Below are positions 39,201-52,280 of a DNA stretch of 64,000 nt, in pieces. The position numbers were made by a program, and so were the translations under genes. Origin of the DNA: Chiloscyllium plagiosum (taxonomy: Eukaryota); NCBI RefSeq assembly GCF_004010195.1, contig NC_057718.1:19544104-19608103 (forward strand), written 5' to 3'. Position 1 is the first letter of the stretch, and the number at the start of each line of letters is the position of its first letter. The notes beneath the pieces are model-generated. The model did not search any database, was not told the origin of the DNA, and worked only from the letters and a program-made list of their open reading frames with translations.

Positions 39201-41196
39201 ACTTTAATTTGAAGCCATTGTAGTCGCTGGGAAAATTATTGCTAAGATAAACAAGGAGTGAGTCAAAGAAAGGCAGAGACACTGTCAGAGGGATGGTGAC
39301 ATAGAAAGAGACACACACACACACAGAATGAAACAGAAGAAACAAAAGATTCGAGTCAGAGAGGGACAGAGAGAAACTAACACAGGCTGTGATAGAGACA
39401 GACAAAGAAACAGAGAAGCAGATTGACTGAGAGAGAAATATATTGAAGCATGGAGGTATATTGAGACGGACAGAGAAAGTCAGAGAGAGAAGAAACACCC
39501 ATTTACATAACCTCTTTCATGTTACTTAGAGCATCTTAAAAAGCCTCACATACAATAAAATCATTGAAATGTTATGCATGTTGTTATTTTACTGCTGCAT
39601 CTTCTAATTCTCTTCATTCAGTGTTCATCTCTAACACAATATTCACATGCTGAGTCATTATCAATGATAATTTGAACTGTGTGTATAATAACAGGTTAAT
39701 TTTACAGAGGTCAGCTCCTGCCAAGGAGTCTCATCCACACTGAAGTATTGTGAGCTCATCCCCCACAATGCTTCATCCATCAGAGTTGATGGGTAGAAAT
39801 GTCATTGGGACTGACCCCAGGATTTCCTGAGAGATGCCCTCTCACCTCAGAAGTGAATCATCAATTCAACCCTTTACTCCATTAGTGAAGGGTTTGGGAG
39901 TCATAGTACACAGTAGAATCGTCAGGACTGAAATCCCGATCAATAAAAATATTTCAAAATAAGCTATAGATTGTTACTGGATAGCTACATATAAAAGGCT
40001 GGGAGTTGCAGGGACACACACCGATGTTACAATTCACTCAATATTATTCCAGAGAGTCCCAGCATTGTATCTGACCTCATCATTCAGCCAATCATTCCCC
40101 TTCCCCCAGTTTAATAAGTCTGCCAGCATCAATGTCCCCCTTTAGCACCTGGGTGGCTGGTAATGACCAACATGTCACATGGGCGTTTCATTAAAATGAA
40201 AGCAGCATCCAAGTGATCTCCACAGGATTACAGAAAAGGGGAATGGATGTGTAGAACTCATTTCCATCACAGCAGTTTAAAAGATTCAGAAAACTTTCGC
40301 TGCTGCACTCTCGAGCTCAGGATGTGATGGTGGAGGCGTCATTGATGAACTCACAGATCCCGTGCATCAGCTCTTCTGAATGCTTTTGGTTCACTTGTCG
40401 TTCTATTGATGAACGGGAGGAGCTATTTCACGTGTGGGAGAGAGAGAGCCCATTGCAGCTGCAGTTCCAGCCGGCCCTCACCTGGAAACACGCCTCTTTT
40501 TCAGGAAACACATGATTCAGAGACAGAGGCAAGCTCCCAGCTTCCCCTCTCCAGCCCACTGGGTTTCAGTTTTCAATAGTGGTTTTACAGCATTGTACTT
40601 GCATGGTAAATTAATTCCGCATGCAGATTCCTACCACTTTTGATGGCCCGGCCGCTTGCTGAGTGAACAAGACCTCTCTGCCCCTCTTGGAACTCCAACC
40701 TGAAACTCACTCCCTTTGCCATTTCACGGACTAACATCTGGCTCAGAGTACAGCAACAGAGGCCAGGTGTGGCACAAGAGGTAAGGAGGGGCACTTTGGA
40801 GCTTGAGACTATCATTTTTGTTCAGATGGTGACACAGGGTGGCTTAATGCCCCTTCAGTGGTCAGTTTGTTGGCCACAGTAGGGGAACGGGGTACTTAAT
40901 CAGGAGAGAACATTCTTAGACTTTTTCATGTCTGTACTGATAAAGTACATGACAGAAAGCCTTCCCACTCCGCCACCACCAGAGGCCAATGGGGAGCAAT
41001 TAATGCCCCCTTCAGGATCCCACTGTGCCATTGCTGGAATTTATCAAGGAACATGACAAGCAACCTCTTGTGGGGAGCATAAGGCTCCCTGGAGAAGGTT
41101 TCATTGTTTAAAAGGACTCAGTGCTAGAACAATAGACCTGCATTGGGACAAAGGGATGGCCCGTTGTGAGCTTCATTCCCTGCCCATGCTGCTCAC

Positions 41197-41471
41197 CACA
41201 TATACACACACAGCAAACAGACAGACACAGACACACACACACAGAAACAGACACATACACACAGACACACACAAACAGACACATACACATACACACATGG
41301 ACACACAGACACAGCACTCTCACACACAGACGCACACAAACCGACACATACACATAAACACACACACACACAGACACATCACTCTCACACACAGACACAC
41401 ACAAACAGACGCATACACACACGGACACTCAGGCATACCACTCTCACACACAGACACACACACAAACACAT
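41197..41471. repeat. Imperfect (CA)n microsatellite
   Basis: Seen directly in the sequence. Confidence 0.95.
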
Positions 41472-41506
41472 ATTTGGTAGCTTTACCCTAGAGGTGCCAC
41501 ACTAGT

Positions 41507-41666
41507 CTCTCATTGACTCTCCAGCCAACAGTGAGTTCCCCTTTGCTTCCAGTATGTACCAGTTTGGGAGTTGGGGTCAGATACCACTCTCATTGACTCT
41601 CCAGCCAACAGTGAGTTCCCCTTTGCTTCCAGTATGTACCAGTTTGGGAGTTGGGGTCAGATACCA
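41507..41666. repeat. Perfect 80-bp tandem duplication
   Basis: 41507-41586 is identical to 41587-41666. Confidence 0.95.
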
Positions 41667-42084
41667 TTACGACGTTTCATTTATGTAACAATTCAGGACA
41701 ATAAAACTTCAAAGCCACTTTTTAACAATTTTACCAAACAACACTTGGATAGACAATATGGTGTCACAAGAGCAAAGACTTGATTAAAGAGAGACATTAG
41801 GGAGACAAAGAGGTTAGGAAGGGAATTCCAGAATGTAAGCCCCAGGGATCAACAGTGCAGCAGTGAAATTTGGGAGTGCTCATGTGGCTAGAATTAGAGA
41901 GGTCCAGATATCTCAGAGGGTTACAGTTGTCAGAAGGTTACACAGATAAGGAGGGGTAAGGCCATTGAGATATTGAAGTCTAGAATAGGGATTTCAAACC
42001 GTAGTTGAAGCCAAAGTTAGTTAGCAAACACAAAATGATGAGTGATTAGAATTTGACATAAATTAAGACGTGGGTAGATATGGC

Positions 42085-42680
42085 TATAATAATAATGTGG
42101 CCACCAGATTAGAAGCTAGGAACTCTGAGGAGATTAATTCAAAACTTCACTCTCCAATGCCTGGCCACCATCTACCAGAGACAAGTCATGAGTGTGATGA
42201 AATATTTCCACTTTCCTGGATCAGTGCAGTTTTTAGCATTGCTCGACAAAGCAGCCTGCTGGTTTGGCAACCCATCCATTAATTTCAGCATTCACTCCCT
42301 TCAGCACCAACTCACAGCAGCAGCGTGTATTTCATCGACAAGTTGCACTGCAGCTACTCACAAAGTCTCTTTGGACAGCACCTTCCAAACTCACAATCAC
42401 TCCCATTTAGAAGAACCAGGGCAACAGATACATGGGAAATACCACCCTCTGCAAGTTCCCCTCCAAGTCTTGCACCTTCCTGACTGGGGATTACATTGCC
42501 GTTCCTTCACTGCTGATAGGTCCAAATCCTGGTACTCCATCCCTACCAGTGCTATGAGTGTCCCTAGTCCTCAAGGACTGTAACAGTTCAAGAGGGCAGC
42601 TCACCACAATCTTCAGAAAAAGCCATTCGGGACATGTAATGAAGACTGGCCCAGCCAGCGAAGCTCACATCCTGAGAAAT
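42085..42680 (+). mobile_element. LINE 3' fragment of a second CR1-group family (related pieces at about 15835-16096 minus and 43495-43790 plus)
   Basis: Shared tail GTTCAAGAAGGCAGCTCACCAC...GGCCCAGCCAGCGA..CACATCC and peptide DKAACWFG..SIHSLQHQLT. Confidence 0.65.
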
Positions 42681-43000
42681 TTATGCAGGAAGAACAATGG
42701 GAGGCTGGCCAGGAGTGTGTTGGAATAGTCAGGTCGAGCGATAGCAATGAAATTATCAAGAGTGTTTTGGGGTTCCAGCAGCAGATGAGCTGAGGCAGGT
42801 GAGAGGATAGCAAGGAGATAATTGACTGGTGCAAATCAACAGTGAGGTGACATGGGATTATGGTCCGATGTGACAGCTCAAAGGGTGATTTGGTGCCGAT
42901 GCTGCTATTGTCTGGTGAATCTTTAGATTTAAGATCTCTGAACAAAGCTCAACTTGCCAACACAAGAAAGACTTTTTGTCATGCAATACAAATCACTTAC

Positions 43001-43071
43001 GCTTGGTGCATCTTTGAGAGCCAGGAGCTTGGGCCCATCCATGACAGCACTGACCGCCACAAACGTTAACT
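43001..43071 (-). CDS. LTBP1: LTBP1 coding exon 2 (71 bp), encoding (G)VNVCGGQCCHGWAQAPGSQRCTK(P)
   Basis: Read manually on the minus strand: tttgcag|A GTT AAC GTT TGT GGC GGT CAG TGC TGT CAT GGA TGG ... ACC AAG C|gtaagt. Phase 2 in and phase 1 out, so it joins exons 1 and 3 in frame. Nearly identical to the recalled human peptide VNVCGGRCCHGWSKAPGSQRCTK. Confidence 0.95.
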
Positions 43072-44475
43072 CTGCAAATCATAACATGACACATTTACTG
43101 GAGAGAAAAGGAAGATGTAGACTAATAAAATACTTATCTGACAGTAAACTATCCATCAAACTATCCCATAAAAAAATTAGTGTCTGTTCAAACCCTGCAG
43201 GCAACAGCTGAAGTTAACAAAAGAAGAAAATGAGATACGGTTTCAGTTTTAAAACAAACCCCCCACTCATGAATATTTGTTTTAAAATTTCCTACGGTTT
43301 TATTAAAGTATTGACAGGAAACTGTTTCTGTGTTTTAAGGGAGCGGGGGAAGCCATTCATCAATAGTGACACAGGAGTTCAGTGCTGACTTTGCTTAGCT
43401 ACAGTCGATCAGTTGGAGTGAGAGTTGACCCAAGATTGGCAAGCAGTAACTTCCCCGTGATATAAACGCAGGCTCAAGGTCTCTCTCTAGTAAACAACTC
43501 ACCAAGCCTCCTTTGACAGCACCTTCCAAACTTCTAGCCTCCCCACCCCCTTGAAGGACAAGGACAGTGAAACATGGGAACACCTGCAAATTCCCCTTCA
43601 AGCCACAGTCCGACATGGAAATATATCGCTAGCCCTTCACTGTATCAAAACCTGCATTAAACCTTGGAAACTGAGTAGGGTGCACCTACATCACAAGGAC
43701 TACAACAGTTCAGGAAGGCAGCTCACCACTGCCTTCTTGAAGGGCAGTTAAGAATGGCCCAGCCGACATCCTGTGATGGAATAAAATAAATTCCCAGGAT
43801 CAAGATTCTTAACAGTAACATACAACCTGTCAAAAGCTTCCACCCAGCCACAAAGGAAATATTGCCCAGAATAACAAAGGGCCCCCTTCGTGGAATGAAG
43901 GTGCCTCCTCTCTCTTTTCAAAGAGATCATGTTCTCAGGGTTTGTACGCAAACATTAGTGATGGTTTGGTACCCATGAGGAAATGCTTCCTACGCATGGC
44001 AGACTGCACCACAGTCACCTGAATCCCCCACTGTGTGCAGAGAGCTGTGGACAAGGATTCAAGTTGGAATCACTTTTTTTACAGGAAGAAAGTAATTAGG
44101 GAGTTTTTGAAACTTCACTGCTGTCAGGAGTTTCTCTGCATTGCAACACATCACTGTTCTCAAGTGAATTTTGTTCTTGGGTTAAAGTTTCATTGCAGGT
44201 AGCTTCATGTTCCCCAACATATTGTAAATAATCAAGACAATCGTTGGTTATATTGTTAAAAAAAACAAGTGTTTGGTATTATAAAGGGTTTAAACTCATT
44301 CGATTTATCTTGAAGGGGAATAAAATAAAATATTAGGAGGTGTCAAACCGAAATATTTCTTTGGTGATGTTATGTGGCTGAGGGTTTAAGTGATGTCCAG
44401 AAATGGACTAGAAGGTCATGGGAAGGGATACAGCCAGCAATGATCTGGCGCAAAGTTCAAGGGAGTTCTCCTTAC

Positions 44476-44867
44476 CCGTTAAGCTGTTGTTTTTGGTAGT
44501 GCACAGGGTGTCTAATGGACTGCTGCTGGTAGTACTGGTGTGGATGGAACTGAGCGATGTGCTGCTGCTGCTGCTGCTGCTGGACGTGCTGGCTCGCCTG
44601 GCCCATCCGCCGGGTCCTGACCTGGGGCGAGCTCCTCCTGTAAGTGGTTTTCACCTCCAGCACTGGAGCCGAGCCCTGCGCCCTGACTGTATAAGAGGAG
44701 GGAGCACGGTGCCTGGTACCGAAAGCAAAGACACTGCCCCGGCCGTGAGACTTGCCCGAGTGAAGCACGTAAGTGATCCTCCTGAGATTCCTCTTCTCAG
44801 GGCACACTTGGTGCGGCTGCAAGACGGAGAGTAGCCACACCAAAACGCTGTACCTCACCCACTCCAT
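44476..44867 (-). CDS. LTBP1: LTBP1 long isoform, coding exon 1 (signal peptide plus low-complexity N-terminus)
   Basis: ATG in strong Kozak context (aacATGG). Hydrophobic N-terminus MEWVRYSVLVWLLSVLQ. Motifs LRRITYVLH, RTRR and HYQKQQLNG match the mammalian LTBP1L N-terminus as I recall it (LRRITYVVH, RTRR, HQKQQLQG). Ends in a phase-2 donor GG|GTAAG at 44476/44475. Confidence 0.93.
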
Positions 44868-45169
44868 GTTGATACAAGCTTGTTCCTTAAGAGGACTCGC
44901 ACTCCAGTCAAAACGTATTCCTCTGCAGTGTCTTTTAACAGTGAACTGGCCCCCTTCTCTCGGTGGATTTCTAAAGGCGGCTTGTTATATATATAAATAT
45001 CTATTATCTTTATATATAGAACAAAAAAAACACGCTGGTTGCCAGATGTCTCCAGCAACAGATAACTTTACAAATTAAGAAAAATATAGCTGAAGGGAAA
45101 CACTCAGCACAAATAAATAAGACACATTCACTCACTCACACACTCTCTCACACACACACACTGGAGCAG

Positions 45170-45360
45170 ATGTTAGATGGTATCGCGATGGTTGTAAAAT
45201 ATATTAGTTTGAACAGATTGAAAGTCTTTAAAAAGTTTTTTTTGGAGGGGGAGGGGAGGGAGTTTCGAGTCACAGTCCTACCATCCAATCTCAAGCAGAC
45301 ATGACGTCAGGCTCAAAGAAGATCTGGAGTTAGAACTGCCCTTTTCCACAGAATCAGGAG
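45170..45360 (-). promoter_or_regulatory. Candidate LTBP1L proximal promoter
   Basis: About 300-500 bp upstream of the ATG. Contains a full CRE palindrome TGACGTCA (45302-45309), CCAAT (45285-45289) and a GGAGGGGGAGGGGAGGG tract. The transcription start cannot be determined from sequence. Confidence 0.4.
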
Positions 45361-47530
45361 AAACACGTACAGACACACACACAGCTACTCGCATACGGTC
45401 ACACACACCCACTCGCATACAGACACACACACAACCACTCACATACAGATACACACACATAGCCACTCATACATAGATATACACACACAGCCACACACAA
45501 AGACACACACACATTGCCACTCACACATAGATACACACAGCCACTCGCATTCATAAACACACATATGGCCACTCACACACAGACACACACACACAGCCAC
45601 TTACATACAGACACACACACAGCCACTCATATACAGTCACACACATACAGATACACACACATAGCCACTCATACATAGATATACACACACAGCCACACAC
45701 AAAGACACACACACATTGCCACTCACACATAGATACACACAGCCACTCGCATTCATAAACACACATATGGCCACTCACACACAGACACACACACACAGCC
45801 ACTTACATACAGACACACACACAGCCACTCATATACAGTCACACACATACAGATACACACACATAGCCACTCACATACAGTCACACACACACCCACTCGC
45901 ATACACACACAGCCACTCACACNNNNNNNNNNNNNNNNNNNNNNNNNNNNNNNNNNNNNNNNNNNNNNNNNNNNNNNNNNNNNNNNNNNNNNNNNNNNNN
46001 NNNNNNNNNNNNNNNNNNNNNNNNNNNNNNNNNNNNNNNNNNNNNNNNNNNNNNNNNNNNNNNNNNNNNNNNNNNNNNNNNNNNNNNNNNNNNNNNNNNN
46101 NNNNNNNNNNNNNNNNNNNNNNNNNNNNNNNNNCACAGACAATCACACACAGACACACACAGCCTCTCATGTACACACACACAGCCACTCACATACAGAC
46201 ACACACTGCCACACACACACACAGCCACTCACATATACACACAGCCAGTCACATACACACACAGAGACATATAAACACACATGTAGAGATGCACACAGAC
46301 ACACACATGCAGAAACACACACAGACACACGCATATACAGAGACACTCATACGCAGAGATGCACATACATAGAAACACACACACACACGGAGACACATAT
46401 AGACTCATATATAAATGTGTGAAAACATAGAGGTAGACACATTGAGGCATAGAGAGACAATACAGATACACAGATATAGACACAAACACGTAGACACACA
46501 CAGAGACAGACTCATATATAGACACAAAAATGCACACATAGATGTGTACACAATACACAAAACCCACAATATAGACACATATACACACATAAACATGAAG
46601 ACTGGACACACATCTACACATACAAATATGTGTGAACACAAATACAGAAATATAGACAAACATACATTCACAGATACAAAAACAGGCACACAAACAAAAC
46701 ACAAATATATAAATACATATGCATACACTAAGTCACACAGAGACAAATACACACATGCATGTACACAAACACACAGACACTATATAAACACGAAGACAAA
46801 TTTACAAATGCATACACATATAGACAAATACATACAGACACATACAAACAGAGAGAAATATGTAAGTACAGAGATAAACACACATACAAGCACATAGACA
46901 CACATGAACACACAAACATACAAAAACTTACAAATGTGTACACATTTAGACAATACATCCACATATAAGTATATATTGCTAGGCAAATACACATGCACAG
47001 ACACACACGTACAGACATAGACAACACATACTTACACAAACATATACGCACATGCAAATACACACATATACACAAACAGGTACACACATCGACACATATG
47101 TAAACATGTACACACATATACAAGTACGGGGGGCCATGATTTACGAACGTCCGACTTACGAATACTCGTACTTAGAAACGCAATCCCATACAAGGGTATA
47201 ATGTTAAATCCTGACATACGAATATATGTGTACTTATGAATAATTGTTTTATATTGTCCTGCATTTTGTTCTGATTTGCGCACAAGTTGACTTGGGATCG
47301 AACACCGGAACAAAATCCGTTTGCAACCCGGAGACTGGCTGTACACACACATAAGCATATACATGGGCGTCCAGACATTAATAGACCCATCCACCCAGGA
47401 ATGCACAGATAGACAAATATACACATAGTTTTCCGCACATACACATAGACATACTCAAATGCAAATACTTATATATCCAGACCCATAGAGAGAAACACAC
47501 GACATCCACACAATGACATACCTAACGCAC
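45361..47530. repeat. CA-rich low-complexity/minisatellite tract upstream of LTBP1 (includes gap 45923-46133)
   Basis: Units like AGCCACTCACATACAGACACACACAC. A 202-bp block is repeated (45441-45642 and 45643-45844). Confidence 0.95.
47127..47341. mobile_element. Tigger-type MITE inside the CA-rich tract
   Basis: TA|CGGGGGGCCATGATTTACGAACG ... CGTTTGCAACCCGGAGACTGGCTG|TA, with internal ACTTACGAA subrepeats. Confidence 0.75.
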
Positions 47531-48764
47531 ATCTGGAGTTTCTAGTCGGATGATATGCAATGTTCAGCTCCCTTTGCACATTAAGCTTTGAAGCTAAAGG
47601 CATTTTGTCACAACAATCACCGCACAGAATCTGTCAAAAACTTGGAATGCCAGCGTGACCCAGACCACTTGTATTTCCTGATGTTTTTACTGTCCCTCAT
47701 TTTAATTTGCATTAAAATTATGATTAAGCTATTGGGTTATTAATTGACTTTGTCTCATATGAACAAATTACATTTTAATCCAAGCTTCATTGTGGGAAAA
47801 TTGCAGTGGTGATAAATGAGTCACAATATATCGATATGTGTCCCAGTCACATCACGTGTATCGACTGGATTTCACGTTCGCTTTGCACTTCCATCCAGGA
47901 CCCATATCGAAGCCGAGTGCAACTTGACGAATCACATCTTGTTCTTGGCAACTTGTTTATTTCACTCGCTCGCAAACACAACACGGTGAAATTTTGAACA
48001 GCTGTGAACACTTACAAAATAAACATTATTTCGGGTTATTAGTGATTCTGATGCAGTCCATGTGCAACGTGAATTTAGCATTTCAACGTCACTCCCATCA
48101 GCGGCAAAACAAACATTGTACTGAATCCAGTCCAGCTGCAAGGTGAGAGTTTAACTCTGAGCATGAATGAGTTAAAATTGAGCCCCTGTCAAGAGCCAAT
48201 TTGGATTCGGCAGTGTCTCGACTAATAGCACCAGGCACCACTGATGAAGGGCACAATTGAAAGTGATTCTGTGTAGGGAGAGAGCTCAGGGAACTTTCAG
48301 AGTTAAACCATCTTCAAACGAGTCTATCTTGAAATGTGGTCCAAACAGTTAGCTATATCCTAGAGGCTGCTCTCTCATCAGAGACAGATGACTGATGGTG
48401 ATTTAACTTGACGGTTACCATACCTCTAGTGAGGTTGAGAGAGCAGGATCTTCCTGGTGAGCGCAGTTTGTACAGGAATTGAAGCTATGATGTTGGTATT
48501 ATCCTGCATTGCAAGCCAAAAACCAGATTCATTTCTCCCATCAACCAAACAGGTGGTACCCTCTACCTGTGTTCACCTATCCCTGCTTCACCACTCTGCC
48601 CCTCTCCCCACTCCTCCCACCCCTTTATTGGCAGCTCCCCCCATACCCACCCCCAGTCGTGAAGAAAGGTTACACCCGAAACGTTGACTTCTCCACCTCC
48701 TGATGCTGCCTGGCTTGCTGTGTACTTCCAGCCTCCTGTTCATCAAACTGAGCTAACCAAACTC

Positions 48765-49310
48765 TCTTTTAAATAAGGTCCCCTTATTGAAGAAAATATA
48801 TTATTTCATTGGAGGCAGTTCACAGAAGCCCACTGGGATGAACCCTGGTAGGAAGGGATTGTCTTATGAGCAAAGACTGAAAGGTTGGGATTCTGCTCTG
48901 TGCAATTTAGCAGAATGAGATGAGATCTCATTGAAGCATTTAGGATTCTTTAGGGTCTCGACAGGGTTAATACAGAGAAGAGGATTGGCCTTGTGGGAGA
49001 TTATAGGACCACAGAGCATTGCCTCAGAATAAAGGGGCATCAATTTCAGACTGAGATGAGGAGGAATGTCTTCTCTCAGAGGGTTTGTGAGTCTTTGGAA
49101 CTCCTTGCCACAGAGAGCTGTGGGGGTAGAGCCTTTGTGTATTTTTAAGGCTGAGACAGATAAATAGATTCTTGATGAGTCAGAGGATCAAGGATTATGG
49201 GGAAAAGGCAGCAAAGTGGACATGAAAAATGTTGGTCAGATCAGTCATGATCCGATTGAATGGCAAAGTAGGCTCAAGGGGCTTATTCCTCTTCCTATTT
49301 TGTATGGTCT
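48765..49310 (+). mobile_element. CR1 3' fragment
   Basis: AGAATGAGA..GATCTCATTGAA, GACTGAGATGAGGAGGAAT and the tail GATTGAATGGC. Confidence 0.75.
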
Positions 49311-49342
49311 TAATAATGGGACTGGATGAAATTCTGTCATTG

Positions 49343-49797
49343 AGTCATAGAGATGGTTAACAGACCCTTCAGTCCAATTCGTCCATGCTAACCAGATATC
49401 CCAACCCTATCTAGTCACACCTGCCAGCACTTGGCCCATATCTGTCTAAACCCTTCCTATTCATATACCCATCCAGTTGCCTTTTAAATGTTGCAATTGT
49501 ACCAGCCTCCACCACTTCCTCTGGCAGCTCCTTCCATATACGTACCACCCTGTCCCTGAAAAAGCTGCTCCTTAGGTCCCTTTTAAATCTTTCCCCTCTC
49601 ACCCTAAACCTATGCCCTCTAGTTCTGGACTCCCCCACCTCAGGGAAAAGGCTTTGTCTATTTACCCTATCCATGCTGCTCATGGTTTTATAAACCTCTA
49701 TAAGGTCACCCCTCAGCCTCCAACGCTCCAGGGAAAACAGCCCAGCATATTCAGCTTCTCCCTGTAGCTCAAACCCTCCAACCCTGGCAACATCCTT
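49343..49797 (-). mobile_element. Young CR1 3' fragment, tail-to-tail with the preceding copy
   Basis: GLFSLERWRLRGDLIEVYK...ELPEEVVEAGTIATFKRQLDGYM. Confidence 0.9.
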
Positions 49798-50629
49798 CAT
49801 CTATGTGTTTTTAACCTGTGGGACAAGGATCCAGGGTTTTTTTATAAATCAGTAACTGTGGGGAGTGAGGAAGATATTGCGATTTTCAAGAAATGGATGC
49901 ATGATGATTGATGTCACTTACAATTCTGGAGAAAGCGATATTAGCTTGTAAAACCGCAGTGCAGTCTGAAGTGGCCATTTTAATCGTAAATCATACTCCC
50001 CAACCACACTCAGAGAGAAAAAACATAGCTGCACTTGGACAACTGAAACCTTTCCCTCAACCTCAGGGATTCTCAAAGCCTGCAACAACATCAATCTGCA
50101 TTTTGATGGCGCCTTCAGCATAGCTGAGCCATCCAACGCATTTGACAGCATCAAGCAGAAATTGGCAAAAAAAAAACCACTGCAGGAGATTTAGGACAGA
50201 AAACCAAAAGTTTGAAACAGGAGGTAATTTTTAAGTATAAAAATAACATGTTAAGGGAGGAGAAAGAGGTGGAAAGGTTTTGGGAGGGAATTCAAGAATT
50301 TCAACCATTGCTGTCAATGGGGGAGCAATGAAAACAAGGCAGATGCCAGAATATAAGGAACACAGAAGCCTGAGAGGATTGTGGAACTGGAGGAGATTGC
50401 TGAGATTGGGGCAGGGCAAAGCCACAGAAGGATTTGCAAACAGAGATGCGAATTCTAAAATTCTACGACAAAACAAAGCAATCTTTCACTATTTCTGAAA
50501 TGCTGTAAAGTCGAGCTGCAACCTACCACGTTGTGAAGACATGAACTTCCCCACTTGATCCGAGACCATCCTGATCCTGCTTCTTCCTACCTTGAGATGA
50601 ACAGGGGACAGGATCGGTACAAAGATAAC

Positions 50630-52280
50630 TGGAGCAACATCAGACCATAGGAGACCACTCAGCCCATCGAGTCCGCTCTACCATTCAGTGAGATCAAAGC
50701 TGATCTGATTATCATAAAATAGAATCCCTACATTGTGGAAGCAGGACATGCAGCCCATCACTGGACTGTCTGAAGAGCATCTCACCCATCCCTATATTGC
50801 CCACGGCTAATCCACCTGTGAGAGCAAACCCAATCAGACAGGGGAAGAATGTGTAAACTCCACACAGACAGTCACCCATGGGATTGAACCTGAATCCCTA
50901 GCATAGTGAGGTAGCAGTGCTAACCATTGAGCCACTGTGTCACTCTAACCCTCAACTCCAGTTTCCTCCCTTTTCTCTATAACCTTTGATTCCCTTACTG
51001 TCTGTCTATCTTAGCCCTGAATATACTTAATTACCCAGCCTTGACAGTCCTCTGTGGCAAAGAATTCCCCAAATTCGCTATCTTCTGAGAAAAGAAATTC
51101 CTCCTTGTCTCTCCTTTAAAGGTTTGACCTCTTGTTCTGAGCTTATGCCCTTTGGTCATAGACTCCCCGACAAGGGGAAACAACCTTTCCACATCTACCG
51201 TGTTGAGTTCCCCAAGAACCTTGCATGGTTCAATAAGATCACCGTTCATTCTTCCAAATTCCAAAGAGTGCAGTCCCAAACTTATCAATCATTTCTCATG
51301 AAACAGTGCCTACACACCTGTTTTCAGTTATGTGAACCTTCTCTCAAGTGCTGTTAGTGCCACTATATCTTTCATTGTACAACGGAGTCATGATTTGTTT
51401 ACAGTATTCCAGCTGTTGTCCGATTAAAGCCTTGTATAGTTTGAGTAAAACCTCCCTACTTTTATATTACATTTCCTTTGAAATAAAGGCCAACATTCCA
51501 TTTGCCTGCCCTATTACCTGCTCAACTCAGATGCAAGATTTTTGTGATTCATGGACAAATCTCTCTGTTCCATATCTTCCCGCAGTCTTTCCCCATTTAA
51601 ATAATATCCAGCTCATACATTCCTCCTGCCCATATGTATTGCCTCATATCTTCCCACATTATATTCCATTGAACACATTTTTCTCCAGTTGCTTAACCCG
51701 TCTATGTCCCTCTCCAGATTTTTGTGTCATCCACAACTTGGCTTTAGCACATATGCTTTCCTCATCAAAATCATTAATATATATTGTAAATAATTGTAGC
51801 CCCAGCATTGATTCCTGTGGTACACCACTACAGGGCAACCTCAATTTTCCGAACAATACGGACAGGGAGTATTTTGTTTGGATAATCAAATGGTTGGATA
51901 ATCGAATATTCAGATAACACAGTTTACGTAAGCATCGGGACCTTGAGATCTTGTTCGGTTAATCCGAAATTCCGATAATCGATGTTTGGATAACCGAGGT
52001 TGTTCTGTATTACAGGCTGCCATTTTAAAAAATGACCCCCTTATCCCAACTCTCTGGCTTCTATTAGTTAGCCAGTCCTCTATCTAAGCTAAAATATTAC
52101 CTCCAACGTCTTGGGCTCTTTTCTTATTAAGTAGCCTATTGTGTGGTGAATTATCCAAAGCCTTCTGCTAGCCTTTTGTGATTCATGCAAAGGCACTCCC
52201 AAATCTTTCTGTTCTATAGCTTTCCAAAGTCTTTCTTCATTTAAGTAAAGTCTAGCTCCTATATTCCTGTCAAAGTGCAA
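50630..52280 (-). mobile_element. CR1 RT/3' fragment with a nested HE1-like SINE (about 50718-50943) and a MITE
   Basis: SGVPQESMLGLQLFTIYINDFDE (RT core) and LGLHSLEFGRMNGDLIE. Confidence 0.8.
51831..52007. mobile_element. Tigger/pogo-type MITE with TA target duplication
   Basis: TA|CAGGGCAACCTCAATTTTCCGAACA ... TGTTTGGATAACCGAGGTTGTTCTG|TA, about 25-bp imperfect TIRs. Splits a CR1 RT frame. A related right end lies at about 61258-61378. Confidence 0.85.

Noticed and set aside
41108..41210. CICGEQHGQG peptide resembling LTBP1 exon 2
   Set aside because: Chance product at the edge of a microsatellite; the true exon 2 is at 43001-43071.
44418..44834. 138-aa plus-strand ORF with a poly-Leu run
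   Set aside because: Antisense shadow of LTBP1 exon 1; the Leu run is the reverse complement of (CAG)7.
45278..47444. Many Cys/Val- and His/Thr-rich ORFs
   Set aside because: Translations of (CA)n/(TG)n low-complexity DNA and N runs.
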